Positions 9,468 to 19,530 of a stretch of DNA of 64,000 nucleotides are shown one piece after another. Source of the DNA: Alphaproteobacteria bacterium (GTDB lineage: Bacteria; Pseudomonadota; Alphaproteobacteria; Paracaedibacterales; CAIOTO01); assembly GCA_947488275.1 (NCBI GenBank), contig CANKZX010000001.1, positions 447 through 64,446 on the forward strand, read 5' to 3'. Made by a program: the position numbers and the translations under genes. The stretch's first letter is position 1. Each line of letters starts with the position of its first letter. Below the pieces are notes generated by a model. That model was given only the letters and a program-made list of their open reading frames with translations. It had not been told where the DNA came from and did not search any database.

Positions 9468-11189
9468 TCAAACGACATTTCCTACTAATTTTTTACGAAG
9501 CGCCTCATTAATACGAGCCACCGCAAATGGTGATGTCGCATCTTTTAATTGCTCAATAAGACGCTTCAATTCAGCTCTGTCATCATATTCTAAAGCCGCC
9601 TCAAGCGCAGCCGACAATTGCTGAATCAAACCTAACTCAGCTTCACTTAACAAATGTCCATCTTCATCACGTGCCGTCTGACAATAACGCAAAAATCGCC
9701 TCGCATCAACTTTTGTTTCAATAAGCAAACGTTTTTCCATATCATCCTGCCCATGGGCATGACTTTCATAAATCATGGAACGAAGCTGTTCTTCTGACAA
9801 ACCATAACTTGGCTTTACAACGATTGTTTGCTTTTTCCCTGTTTGCTGTTCAACCGCTTCAATTGATAACAAACCATCCGCATCCAGCTGATACGTCACA
9901 GCAATACGCGCAACGCCCGCAGGCATCGCAGGAATTCCAGACAACGTAAATCGGGCAAGCGAACGACAGTCCTGGCTCAATTCCCGCTCACCTTGCACCA
10001 CATGAAATTCAATTGCTGTTTGATTATTTTCATATGTTGTGAATTCTTGACGGATACGGGTCGGAATAGCTGTGTTACGCGGAATAATACGCTCCACAAG
10101 ACCACCCATTGTCTCTACCCCAAGAGAAAGCGGCGTCACATCAAGTAAAAGGGTCCCCTGCCCCTCTGTTAACATAAAAGCTTGAAGTGCCGCGCCCCGT
10201 GCAACCACTTGATCAGGATCAAGATTAGTCAGCGGCGCCTTACCAAAATACGCCTCAACCAGCGATTGTGCCAATGGCATTCGGGTTGACCCACCCACCA
10301 TAACCACACCATCAATCATAGATATGGTTAACTGCGCATCCGCCAAGACCCGTCTTGCAATCTCTAGTGTTCGTTCGATAAATGGTTTTGCTAAGGTAAT
10401 AAGTTGTTCACGAGTAAGGCACACATCATCCATCTGCCACATATCTGTTTGTGACAACGCTTCTTTTGCTGCGCGTGCTTTTTGTCTGGATGCTTCATCC
10501 GTTTTTTGCCAAAATGCACAGACAGCTTCATCAATATCATCGCCACCAAGATGTGTGTCGCCGCCCGTAGCTAAAACCTGAAAAACACCTTTTGTCATTT
10601 TTAAAATCGATAGATCAAACGTACCACCACCCAAATCATAAATCGCAAACACACCTTCGTTTTGTTCATCAAGACCATAGGCAAGGGCTGCTGCTGTCGG
10701 TTCGCTCACTAAACGTAATACGTCAATACCAGCCAAAATTGCCGCATCTTTTGTTGCCTGCCGTGCTGTATCGTCAAAATAGGCAGGCACCGTGATCACC
10801 GCTTTTGAAATCGGCATTTCAAGAATTTGCTCAGCATCAAACCGCAATTTTTTCAACAAAGCTGCTGATAGTTCAACTGCCGTTTTATCCCCCCGTAAAC
10901 ATGTAGCTGGTGTATCCATAAAACGTTTAAAGGATGAAAACGCCCCCATTTTGCAAACAGCTTCAGCTCCCCCATACACACAATTACCATCGTAGGCAAC
11001 ACATGATGGCACTAATGCATGTCCATCAATTGGTAAAACATCAACATTATCATGAGCATAGGCGACAGCCACAACCGAATGCGTCGTGCCAAGATCAATA
11101 CCAATCGCATATGAAAGAGGTTTTTCAATTACACCCTGCACTGCGCCAGATGACACACCAGATGAGGGTTCTTTAAGCTGAAGGAGCAT
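9468..11189 (-). CDS. hscA: Fe-S protein assembly chaperone HscA (Hsp70 family)
   Basis: IGIDLGTTHSVVA, DLGGGTFD, VGGSTRMP Hsp70 motifs; position after hscB. Confidence 0.93.
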   Translation of the reverse strand: MLLQLKEPSSGVSSGAVQGVIEKPLSYAIGIDLGTTHSVVAVAYAHDNVDVLPIDGHALVPSCVAYDGNCVYGGAEAVCKMGAFSSFKRFMDTPATCLRGDKTAVELSAALLKKLRFDAEQILEMPISKAVITVPAYFDDTARQATKDAAILAGIDVLRLVSEPTAAALAYGLDEQNEGVFAIYDLGGGTFDLSILKMTKGVFQVLATGGDTHLGGDDIDEAVCAFWQKTDEASRQKARAAKEALSQTDMWQMDDVCLTREQLITLAKPFIERTLEIARRVLADAQLTISMIDGVVMVGGSTRMPLAQSLVEAYFGKAPLTNLDPDQVVARGAALQAFMLTEGQGTLLLDVTPLSLGVETMGGLVERIIPRNTAIPTRIRQEFTTYENNQTAIEFHVVQGERELSQDCRSLARFTLSGIPAMPAGVARIAVTYQLDADGLLSIEAVEQQTGKKQTIVVKPSYGLSEEQLRSMIYESHAHGQDDMEKRLLIETKVDARRFLRYCQTARDEDGHLLSEAELGLIQQLSAALEAALEYDDRAELKRLIEQLKDATSPFAVARINEALRKKLVGNVV

Positions 11190-11754
11190 AATCCCCTATT
11201 CCCATTTCAGTTAATGCACACGCTGCATCATTTTTTGTTTTAACAACGAAAGACAAGCGAATATAAGCATCAGACATCGCCGTTAAATCATTCGCTAGAA
11301 AGGCATCTTGAAAAAGCTCACCAACCTGTCTTTCTTTTTCGGAAAGTGCGGAAATTAATTGCGCACAACTTTCAGCGGTTTGTGCCGCCTCAAGCAATTC
11401 TTTTAAATCTAAAGCTTCATCCATAAAACGTGGATCACAAATTGTCTGTCCACTCGCCCCTGGGATTGCCCCCCCTTTAAGCAACAGCAACGCCTTTGCA
11501 CGCTGCAAAGGATCTTGCAAAACAGCATAGGCTTGATTAATAGCACTCGCCATCAAACAGGCAATCTCGGCTTCTTTAGACTGCAATGGATAACGATCAG
11601 GATGTAATGTTTCTTGCAAAAGCCTGTAATTTTGCTTAAGTATCTCATGATCAATAAAAAATAGTGGTGTAATGGAGAGCAAAGCAAACGGTGACGCCTT
11701 ATCGAATTCAGGCACACCTCCATGATTAACGCCATCTGATTGATTGTTAGACAT
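11173..11754 (-). CDS. hscB: Fe-S protein assembly co-chaperone HscB (J-domain)
   Basis: J-domain LHPDRY (HPD), operon position; ATG 11754 overlaps iscA stop by 8 nt; longer ORF to 11832 would overlap iscA. Confidence 0.85.
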   Translation of the reverse strand: MSNNQSDGVNHGGVPEFDKASPFALLSITPLFFIDHEILKQNYRLLQETLHPDRYPLQSKEAEIACLMASAINQAYAVLQDPLQRAKALLLLKGGAIPGASGQTICDPRFMDEALDLKELLEAAQTAESCAQLISALSEKERQVGELFQDAFLANDLTAMSDAYIRLSFVVKTKNDAACALTEMGIGDYAPSA

Positions 11755-12079
11755 TAAACGACTTTCCACAACCACATTTCCCTTTTTCATTTGGGTTGTT
11801 AAACGTAAAACCAGAATGCATTTTTTCTTCAACGTAATCTATTTCTGTGCCCAAAATATACATGATAGCCTTTGGGTCAATAAACACAGTCACATCGTCA
11901 ACCGTAACCGATTCATCAAATGTATTAAGCGTATCAGCAAATTCAAACGTGTAAGATAAGCCTGAACATCCTTTTGTATTAATGCCAATACGTATCCCAA
12001 GTGATGGTTTGCCACGCTCTTGCATCAGCACACGCACACGATTAATTGCTCGATCTGTTAGCGTAATAGGTGCTTTCAT
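11747..12079 (-). CDS. iscA: Iron-sulfur cluster assembly protein IscA
   Basis: GCSGLSY ... CGCGKSF(NV) motifs, 110 aa. Confidence 0.93.
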   Translation of the reverse strand: MKAPITLTDRAINRVRVLMQERGKPSLGIRIGINTKGCSGLSYTFEFADTLNTFDESVTVDDVTVFIDPKAIMYILGTEIDYVEEKMHSGFTFNNPNEKGKCGCGKSFNV

Positions 12080-12082
12080 AAC

Positions 12083-12502
12083 TTACGCCACTTCAAGACC
12101 TATCACTGCAGAAGATTTTAAATTCTGCTGTTTCGAACGATAGTCATCAATAGCTGCTTTAATCGCGTCCTCAGCCAACACCGAACAATGTATTTTAACA
12201 GGTGGTAATGCCAAATGGGTTGCAATTTCAGAATTCTTTATTTCAAGAGCTTCATCAAGTTTTTTACCCTTAACCCATTCTGTTACAACCGAAGACGAAG
12301 CGATAGCCGAACCACAACCAAATGTTTTGAATTTTGCATCAACAATAACACCGTCTGGACTAACTTTAATTTGCAAACGCATGACATCACCACACGCAGG
12401 CGCCCCAACAAGCCCCGTGCCAACGTTTTTATCATCTTTACCTAATGTACCCACATTACGTGGATTCTCGTAATGTTCTATCACATGTTGACTGTATGCC
12501 AT
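12083..12502 (-). CDS. iscU: Fe-S cluster scaffold IscU
   Basis: GAPACGDVM, TFGCGSAIASSS, LPPVKIHCS motifs. Confidence 0.96.
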   Translation of the reverse strand: MAYSQHVIEHYENPRNVGTLGKDDKNVGTGLVGAPACGDVMRLQIKVSPDGVIVDAKFKTFGCGSAIASSSVVTEWVKGKKLDEALEIKNSEIATHLALPPVKIHCSVLAEDAIKAAIDDYRSKQQNLKSSAVIGLEVA

Positions 12503-12559
12503 GGTATTCTACTCCTGTTATAACGCATGGATGTTTTTACTCACATACGTACTATTTAT

Positions 12560-13816
12560 TTAATGTGCTGCCCATTTAATTGATTTAATATCAATACCTT
12601 CTTGCGCCATTTCCCACAAAGGACTCATATCACGCAAACGCTGCACAGCATTTACAATTTTATCAATTGCGGTGTCAACTTCTGCTACTGTTGTAAAACG
12701 ACCAATACCAAAACGAATCGATGTATGGGCTAAATCTTCGGTTACACCAATAGCTCGCAAAACATAGGATGGTTCAAGTGACGCTGACGTGCAGGCTGAA
12801 CCTGAGGATACGGACAGCTCTTTAATACCCATCATCAACCCTTCACCCTCAACATAAGCAAAGCTTAAATTCAAATTACCTGGTGCACGCCGCACTTCAT
12901 CTCCATTTAAATAGACTTCTGGTAATTTTGCGCGAATACCTGACAAAATACGATCCGTTAATGCCTGAACTCGTTTTGATTCTTCCACCATCTCATTTTT
13001 GGCAATAAATGCAGCCTCACCAAAACCAACACAAAGGGGTGTTGGAAGTGTTCCTGAACGCATGCCACGCTCCTGGCCGCCACCTGAAATCAACGCATTC
13101 AAACGTACCCGTGGTTTACGACGTACATATAAGGCACCAACGCCTTTAGGACCATACATTTTGTGTGCCGATAGACTCATCATATCAATATTCATCGCTT
13201 GCACATCAATCGGAATTTTACCAGCCGCCTGCGCCGCATCCGTATGAAAGAAAATTCCTCGTTCACGGCACATACGCCCAATCTCAGCAATAGGCTGAAT
13301 CACGCCAATTTCATTATTCACCATCATAATGGAAACAAGAAGTGTATCGTCACATAAACTTGCTTCTAGATGATTTAAATCAATAATGCCATTCTGTTGA
13401 ACAGGCAAATACGTAATTTGAAACCCTTGTTGCTCAAGAACTCGGCAAGACTCAAGCACACATTTATGTTCCGTCACACACGTAACGATATGACGGCGTT
13501 GATCACCATAAAAACTAGCAACACCTTTAATCGCCAAATTATTTGATTCGGTTGCACCACTTGTAAATATAATTTCCCGTTCATCCGCATGAATAAGTTC
13601 AGCAATTTGATGGCGTGCAAGCTCAATTGCTTCTTCAGCTAACCATCCATACGTATGATTGCGGGAATGCGGATTACCATATACAGAGCAAAAAAACGGC
13701 AACATACGCTCCAACGCCCGTGGATCACACGGTGTAGAAGCCTGATAGTCCATATAAATATGCCCCTCTGGTACATGATGACTTTTTGGTAATCGAATTG
13801 ATGGTGTTAATTTCAT
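12560..13816 (-). CDS. iscS: Cysteine desulfurase IscS
   Basis: [20 protein letters not shown] (PLP Lys), SSGSACTS (active Cys), C-terminal [11 protein letters not shown]. Confidence 0.95.
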   Translation of the reverse strand: MKLTPSIRLPKSHHVPEGHIYMDYQASTPCDPRALERMLPFFCSVYGNPHSRNHTYGWLAEEAIELARHQIAELIHADEREIIFTSGATESNNLAIKGVASFYGDQRRHIVTCVTEHKCVLESCRVLEQQGFQITYLPVQQNGIIDLNHLEASLCDDTLLVSIMMVNNEIGVIQPIAEIGRMCRERGIFFHTDAAQAAGKIPIDVQAMNIDMMSLSAHKMYGPKGVGALYVRRKPRVRLNALISGGGQERGMRSGTLPTPLCVGFGEAAFIAKNEMVEESKRVQALTDRILSGIRAKLPEVYLNGDEVRRAPGNLNLSFAYVEGEGLMMGIKELSVSSGSACTSASLEPSYVLRAIGVTEDLAHTSIRFGIGRFTTVAEVDTAIDKIVNAVQRLRDMSPLWEMAQEGIDIKSIKWAAH

Positions 13817-13824
13817 ATTCTTTC

Positions 13825-14982
13825 CTATACTGCATCGACTCTGTCAGTAGCACTTGTTATCTTATCCTTGCGATCAATGGATTCATAAATTGTTTTCCAT
13901 ACAGATACAAACAATTCAACCTCTTTTCGTGATGTATGCGGCGACAAACTAATGCGAAGCGCCGTTTCAGCAACACGATCAGGAATTCCCATAGCCAACA
14001 AAACACGCGATTTCTTTATTTTACCAGATGAGCATGCTGAACCTGCACTCACCGCGATACCTTCTAAATCAAAACGCATAACTTGTGTTTCAGCCTTTAG
14101 TCCTGGCATTGTAATACACGTTGTGTTCATAAGTCGAGGGGCATCACCCCCCATAATTAACGCGTCTTTACAAAATGTTGTTATTTCATTTTCCATCCAA
14201 CGTTGATGAGCACAAACATTACGCCAGTCCTTTTGACGCCTTTCACTCATCGCTTCCGTTAAAGCAGTCGCTAATGATATAATACCAGTGATGTTTTCAG
14301 TTCCTGCACGAAAGGATCTCTCTTGCCCGCCGCCTCGAATCATCGCCCGCAATGGAAATGTCTCCTTCATAACAAGACACCCAATTCCAGGTAAGGCACC
14401 CAATTTATGCCCTGAAATTGTCGCACAGTCAAAAACTGTACAATCAACGGGTACACGCCCAACAGCCTGCACAATATCACTATGAAAATAAGCCCCTTTT
14501 TGCTGACAAAGTGCGGCAATTTCCTTAATAGGCTGAATAACACCTGTTTCATTATTAACCGCCATAATCGAAACAAGCGCTTTCGATTTTTGCGCAAGGA
14601 GCCACCGTTCAATAAAATCAAGCAATACAACGCCGTGTGCGTCAACTGGGGCAAACGTTATATCCGAACGTGCATCCAAAATTGAACTATGTTCAATAGA
14701 AGACGTCAGGACAGCCCCATCAAAACCTGCTAAAATCATTGCATTCGCTTCTGTAGCACCACTCGTAAAAATAATAGTTTTGGATTCAACACCAAGCGCG
14801 TTTGCAATTTCATTCCGCGCTGATTCAATCATACGACGTGCATTTCGTCCAAAAGAATGCGTTGATGATGGATTACACGCTTGATTACCCAACAAACTGT
14901 AGAGGGAAACCATTTGTTCACGCACCCGCTCTGTTAACGGTGCCATTGCATTATAATCAAGATAAAGCGGAAGAAGACTCAT
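13825..14982 (-). CDS. Second class-V aminotransferase / cysteine desulfurase (NifS/IscS paralog)
   Basis: [32 protein letters not shown] 14982 forms ATGA overlap with iscR stop. Confidence 0.85.
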   Translation of the reverse strand: MSLLPLYLDYNAMAPLTERVREQMVSLYSLLGNQACNPSSTHSFGRNARRMIESARNEIANALGVESKTIIFTSGATEANAMILAGFDGAVLTSSIEHSSILDARSDITFAPVDAHGVVLLDFIERWLLAQKSKALVSIMAVNNETGVIQPIKEIAALCQQKGAYFHSDIVQAVGRVPVDCTVFDCATISGHKLGALPGIGCLVMKETFPLRAMIRGGGQERSFRAGTENITGIISLATALTEAMSERRQKDWRNVCAHQRWMENEITTFCKDALIMGGDAPRLMNTTCITMPGLKAETQVMRFDLEGIAVSAGSACSSGKIKKSRVLLAMGIPDRVAETALRISLSPHTSRKEVELFVSVWKTIYESIDRKDKITSATDRVDAV

Positions 14983-15491
14983 GAAAGAGAAACCTCTTGC
15001 ATAAAGGGCATATATGTGGAGCCACATACCACCATATTTGTTTCACTTATTTGGTTTTTTTTCATCATAAAAACAACATCACCAACATCACGATCATGCA
15101 CATTTTTCAAGGTTAATCCTTTTAAAAAACCTTCCACAACATCATCCATTTTTGCCCATAAATCATGCGTAATACAGCGTGCTCCATTAAGCTGACACCC
15201 CATCAATGCATTATTACACCGTTTGGTTTTAAGTGGCTTATCAACTGAAACCAATACGTCATGTAATGTTATATCCGCTGGACTTCGCGCAAACAAATAC
15301 CCACCCTGCGCGCCACGTGCGCTTTGAACAATATCACTTTTTCGTAATTTCAAAAAAATTTGTTCAAGATACGGCAATGGCAAACCCTGCCTTTCAGCAA
15401 TAGAAACAAGCGATACAGGCATTGCAGAGTCATTTTCTATCATATCCAACAATGCCATCATTGCATATCGTGCTTTTGTGCTTAATTTCAT
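14979..15491 (-). CDS. iscR: Rrf2-family Fe-S regulator IscR
   Basis: MKLSTKARYAMMALLDM wHTH; Cys triad CNNALMGCQLNGARC; first gene of isc operon. Confidence 0.9.
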   Translation of the reverse strand: MKLSTKARYAMMALLDMIENDSAMPVSLVSIAERQGLPLPYLEQIFLKLRKSDIVQSARGAQGGYLFARSPADITLHDVLVSVDKPLKTKRCNNALMGCQLNGARCITHDLWAKMDDVVEGFLKGLTLKNVHDRDVGDVVFMMKKNQISETNMVVCGSTYMPFMQEVSLS

Positions 15492-15613
15492 GATGCAAAT
15501 CCTAAGATCGTTATGGCATTCTAATTATATATATGCTAGGGTCTAACAGTTGTACTTTTAATATGCGCAACCATAGCCTGTTAAGAGGTGTACGTTATAT
15601 AGCTAGAATGTAG

Positions 15614-15638
15614 GTATCCCGACTAAAAAAGTCAAGAT
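15614..15638. promoter_or_regulatory. Candidate IscR type-1 operator
   Basis: TATCCCGACTAAAAAAGTCAAGATA: GACT-N6-AGTC palindrome matching the core of the remembered ATASYYGACTRWWWYAGTCRRSTAT consensus; about 125 bp upstream of iscR. Confidence 0.35.
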
Positions 15639-15727
15639 ACTTTTAATTATTTTTAGTTCGACAGTTTATTAATTTGGTGCACCTTATTTTGGATTTTGCA
15701 CCGTGGTATGAACGTTAAGGAGCTCAT

Positions 15728-16390
15728 ATGCCAGATGTTATATTTAACGGTCCTGCAGGTCGTATTGAAGGTCGGTATCATCCTGGGCAAACAAAAACGT
15801 CTCCAATTGCACTTCTTCTTCATCCTGATCCAAAAGCAAATGGCACGATGAATAACAAAATTGTATATGCACTTTATCGTTCCTTTATTGATTTAGGTTT
15901 TGGTGCTTTGCGTTTCAATTTCCGTGGGGTTGGACGATCAGAAGGGTCACATGATAATGGTGAAGGCGAGTTAAGTGATGCCGCAGCAGCTCTTGATTGG
16001 CTACAATCGACCTATCCACAAGCCTCCCATTTTTGGATTGGTGGATTTTCTTTTGGTGCTTGGATTGCCATGCAACTATTAATGCGCCGACCTGAACTTG
16101 AAGGATTTATCGCGGTTAGTCCACCTGCTAATCGTTGCGATTTCAACTTTTTAGCACCCTGTCCTGTTTCAGGACAAATTATACAAGGCACCCAAGATAC
16201 AATCGTACCACAGCCTGCTGTTGATACCCTTGTTGCCAAACTTAGAAGTCAGCGTGGCGTTAAAATCGATTATCAATTAATCGAAGGCGCCGATCATTTC
16301 TTCACTGACTCAATTCCTGATATTGCAAAATGCGCATCAACGTATTTGAAACAACGTTTTCCAAAACAAACACAGGCAATTGCTGTTTAA
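15728..16390 (+). CDS. Alpha/beta hydrolase (COG2945-like)
   Basis: GFSFGAW nucleophile elbow, 220 aa, RBS AAGGAG upstream. Confidence 0.75.
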   Translation: MPDVIFNGPAGRIEGRYHPGQTKTSPIALLLHPDPKANGTMNNKIVYALYRSFIDLGFGALRFNFRGVGRSEGSHDNGEGELSDAAAALDWLQSTYPQASHFWIGGFSFGAWIAMQLLMRRPELEGFIAVSPPANRCDFNFLAPCPVSGQIIQGTQDTIVPQPAVDTLVAKLRSQRGVKIDYQLIEGADHFFTDSIPDIAKCASTYLKQRFPKQTQAIAV

Positions 16391-16397
16391 AAACCAA

Positions 16398-16422
16398 GAG
16401 ACGCACACAAGCGTCTTTTTTA
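16398..16422 (+). terminator. Rho-independent terminator
   Basis: GAGACGC-ACACAA-GCGTCT followed by TTTTTTATT directly after stop of 15728..16390. Confidence 0.8.
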
Positions 16423-16445
16423 TTGAGCAAACAAAAGATGAGCAT

Positions 16446-16730
16446 CTACATCTCTTTTGTGTAAACCTCACGACGGTGCGCAACTTTCACAAGGATAATA
16501 GTGAGGACTGCATCTTCGAAACGACAAACGACACGGTAATCACCCACACGATACCGCCAGTAACTTCTTAAATTTCCTTTTAGTGCCGATCCTTTTACAC
16601 GGGGATTAGGCGTGTTAATAGCGCCCTCAAAATACTGAAGAATCTGTTTCTGAGTTGATTTATCTATTTTACTCAACTCCCGTTTTGCTTTTTCTGTAAA
16701 AGCGTAAGACCATTTTTTAATCAAGACCAT
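16446..16730 (-). CDS. Type II toxin, RelE/ParE superfamily
   Basis: YWRYRVGDYRVVCRFED..LTIILVKVAHRREVY typical RelE/StbE C-terminus; 14-nt overlap with upstream antitoxin. Confidence 0.85.
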   Translation of the reverse strand: MVLIKKWSYAFTEKAKRELSKIDKSTQKQILQYFEGAINTPNPRVKGSALKGNLRSYWRYRVGDYRVVCRFEDAVLTIILVKVAHRREVYTKEM

Positions 16731-16938
16731 GCAATTCCACTATCTCTTCAGCTGTATATGTTCTTCCACCAGAACGTAAGTGCTCCTCATACGCGGCAAC
16801 AGCATCAATATAATCTTCTTCATCTTCTAAATAACGCTCAAGGGCTTTTTTAACAAAATAACTACGCGAACGATGCGTACGTGCAGCGATGTAATCAAGA
16901 CGTTCTTCAAGACTTTTTGGAACACGAACAGATAGCAT
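16717..16938 (-). CDS. Type II antitoxin, ribbon-helix-helix (CopG/RelB-like)
   Basis: MLSVRVPKSLEERLDYIAARTHRSRSYFVKKALERYL RHH motif; 73 aa. Confidence 0.8.
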   Translation of the reverse strand: MLSVRVPKSLEERLDYIAARTHRSRSYFVKKALERYLEDEEDYIDAVAAYEEHLRSGGRTYTAEEIVELHGLD

Positions 16939-17124
16939 GGTTTTTTCTCCTCAATTATCATAACATGTAATCATTGTATGACAAAAATTACAGAAAGTAC
17001 AGAAATGAACACAAAATAAAATCTTTACATAATTTGAATTTTTATCGACAATACTTATGATTTTATGCCCGAATAAAATTAGAATTGATGATCAAATTAG
17101 TTGGAATACGCACCAATACTTTTC

Positions 17125-19011
17125 TCAACGATGAGAACTTCTTTTTTTTACATAGCTAAATGGCTGCTCATTTTCAATGTATATTTTAATCATATCTTCG
17201 TAATACTCACCAAACACATCAACGATGTCTTTGATATCTTTTTGATAATTCCTTTTTTCATCTGTGTAGAATTCAGACAACCCTTCGGATCGAATATAAT
17301 CAACTACATATTTCCTAAAAATATCAATAGCCATAGCAGTAGAAGAATCTTTTGTGACGCCTCGTTCTTTCAGCTTTTCAGCCAGCCATTGTGCGTTCTG
17401 AGGCTCAGAAAAATTCAAACTCGTCCAAAATACTGTGACTTTTTTGAATTTCTCAGACGGCTCAAATAACGCATTCAAATCAGGATCATCCAAATAACGA
17501 AGCCCTGTTATCATACGGTCACGAATTCCATTTTCACAGCTTCCGCCTCTTTTTGCTTCAAGCGATTCAACAATAAAAGCATTCATCCAAAGATCGATTT
17601 CTCTTGGATAAAATTGATCTAAATAAGCAAAAATAGCATTTAAATCAATTATTGTATCGTTTTTTATCACATCTAATTTTGCAAATTCACTCGTTGATCG
17701 ATAATTATGAGTTGGGAACAATGCCTCAGCAATCTTTTCTTTGAAGCTAGATCTCGTCGTATCCTTACGTTCAAATATATCTGAATGCATGTTTCTATCA
17801 ATCCATGCATTAATTCGTGCCAACAGCACTTCCTGAGAAAGAGTACCTTTTTTTAATTTTCCTTTGACAGCTTTTTTGACGGCTTCAAGAACCTGATCAA
17901 TAAGAATGACCTGTGGACGGGGTGAGGTAGAAAACGTACCAGCATATATATGAATATCCAAATCTCCAGTTGACGGATCTGGATTACAAGATTTTGGCAT
18001 CTTTTCTTTTAGATCCGATTCCATCCACGCAACGGAACCACCTCTTGCACCAAATGCACCTGAATGCGACGAAGCGCTGCCATAAGAGTATTTATTGAAG
18101 CGTGCACCAGAACTAGAACCACCTCCTGCACCAAATGCACCTGAATGCGACGGAACACTCTCATAAGAATATCCATTAAGACGTGGACCAGAGCCAGAAC
18201 CACCGCCTGCACCAAATGCGCCTGAATGAGACGAAGCGCTCCTTACTAAAGCAGGATTTCTAGATAATGACTCCCAGCTATATGGAGCATCTTTATGAAA
18301 AATACTCCCTTTACAAACGGATAACGACTGTGAAAAATTAGCCCAAAAATCAGCGCGATAATATCTATTACTCTTCATATCAGCATCAACTATTGCCGCC
18401 ATTATTTCTGAAAAAGCACCAGCCGTATGATTCAAAATTGTTTCTTGAATCCACAAGCTGTAATCAGATTTACGTATATTACTTAATCTGAATAAATTAC
18501 TATAATCCCTCTTGGATATGATATCTTCTATTTCACACCCCATAAAAAGACCTATTGTTCTCGTTTGCAAATTCTTATACATATAGATAGAAAGTTCATT
18601 CGCTAATGTGTACATTAATTGTAAAATATGAAAATGATTCTGAAGACTATCTTGAATATTATAATCTCTGTAGGGTTTTAAGACCGTAGATTCATGCAAA
18701 ATCCCTTCGCCAGAATCGATTTGAAATAACCGAGTTTCCGTTAGTCGTTCAGCAAAAATAGCCATTGCTATCGTCTTTTTATCGTCCATAGATGCACTTT
18801 TTCCACGATTAACTCTAGCTGCATCAGAAAGAATGCTATTAATAGAATTTGAATGCGCTCTAACATCTGCAGAAAGACAACTATACCCTTGATTGTTACC
18901 ATTACATTTATTAAAAGAAACACATCGCTCTTGATGATGCTCCATAATATCAGTCATTGCGAAGCAACGACTCATTAATACAAGGGCAAATACAAGTTTT
19001 ACATATTTCAT
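17125..19011 (-). CDS. Large secreted protein, unknown function, with three Gly-rich 27-aa tandem repeats
   Basis: Signal peptide MKYVKLVFALVLMSRCFA; SHSGAFGAGGGS.SG.R.N.YSY x3; no homolog recognised. Confidence 0.7.
   Translation of the reverse strand: MKYVKLVFALVLMSRCFAMTDIMEHHQERCVSFNKCNGNNQGYSCLSADVRAHSNSINSILSDAARVNRGKSASMDDKKTIAMAIFAERLTETRLFQIDSGEGILHESTVLKPYRDYNIQDSLQNHFHILQLMYTLANELSIYMYKNLQTRTIGLFMGCEIEDIISKRDYSNLFRLSNIRKSDYSLWIQETILNHTAGAFSEIMAAIVDADMKSNRYYRADFWANFSQSLSVCKGSIFHKDAPYSWESLSRNPALVRSASSHSGAFGAGGGSGSGPRLNGYSYESVPSHSGAFGAGGGSSSGARFNKYSYGSASSHSGAFGARGGSVAWMESDLKEKMPKSCNPDPSTGDLDIHIYAGTFSTSPRPQVILIDQVLEAVKKAVKGKLKKGTLSQEVLLARINAWIDRNMHSDIFERKDTTRSSFKEKIAEALFPTHNYRSTSEFAKLDVIKNDTIIDLNAIFAYLDQFYPREIDLWMNAFIVESLEAKRGGSCENGIRDRMITGLRYLDDPDLNALFEPSEKFKKVTVFWTSLNFSEPQNAQWLAEKLKERGVTKDSSTAMAIDIFRKYVVDYIRSEGLSEFYTDEKRNYQKDIKDIVDVFGEYYEDMIKIYIENEQPFSYVKKRSSHR
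18031..18231 (-). repeat. 81-bp in-frame tandem repeat (about 2.5 units)
   Basis: TGAATGCGA/TGAATGAGA anchors at 18069, 18150, 18231 (period 81). Confidence 0.85.
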
Positions 19012-19162
19012 CAGTCAATTATCCTGTTCATGAGGGGGCATATTCTGGGAGACATAACGAGCCCTACACCAAACACGCAATAAAAATCTAAACATTCACG
19101 TACCCTATCATATTTCATTTTTATTTACAAGAAAAGTAAACAAACCTGTTAGAGCAATTTAA

Positions 19163-19258
19163 CGCCCTCTTAATTTTGATGTATTATTAGGTATGGATTT
19201 TCTCAAAGAACACGATGTCTTTATTGATTTTAGGCGCCAACGTATTTGGTTCAGCTAA
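19163..19258 (+). pseudogene. Remnant of retropepsin-like (clan AA) aspartic protease C-terminus
   Basis: Stop-bounded 31 codons RPLNFDVLLGMDFLKEHDVFIDFRRQRIWFS, resembling the LGMDFL..xxIDFxxxxL C-terminal strand of bacterial retropepsins. Confidence 0.35.
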
Positions 19259-19315
19259 AATATTAACCCCAGTTCACGATTAAACATGAATAAAACTCTC
19301 TATATGTTATGCAAT

Positions 19316-19474
19316 CGTCATCACGAAAAAGCCGAAGGCTTTTGTGATGATCCAGGGCTGTTATTGTGAAAATGCCTGTTACGTCGAAAATATTTGTTTT
19401 TCTGGATAACCACACCTGCTACGCAGGTTCGCTATGACGGCAGAATTGCTAAAAATCATCGGTGCTGAGTCTAT
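19316..19474 (-). repeat. Partial palindromic-element copy, inverted orientation, one outer TIR, one 18-bp unit
   Basis: CGTCATCACGAAAAAGCCGAAGGCTTTTGTGATGATCCAG ... CGCTATGACGGCAGAATTGCTAAAAATCATCGGTGCTGAGT = reverse complement of left half of 62008..62251. Confidence 0.85.
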
Positions 19475-19530
19475 AGGTTTTTGTTCGCAAAAATCCCGAA
19501 TTGGGGTTATTATTTAAATTTTGCCTCTAT

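Noticed and set aside
17101-17469. 122-aa + strand ORF
   Set aside because: It is antisense to the 3' end of the 628-aa ORF, with a Phe/Ile-rich composition typical of AT-rich antisense frames.
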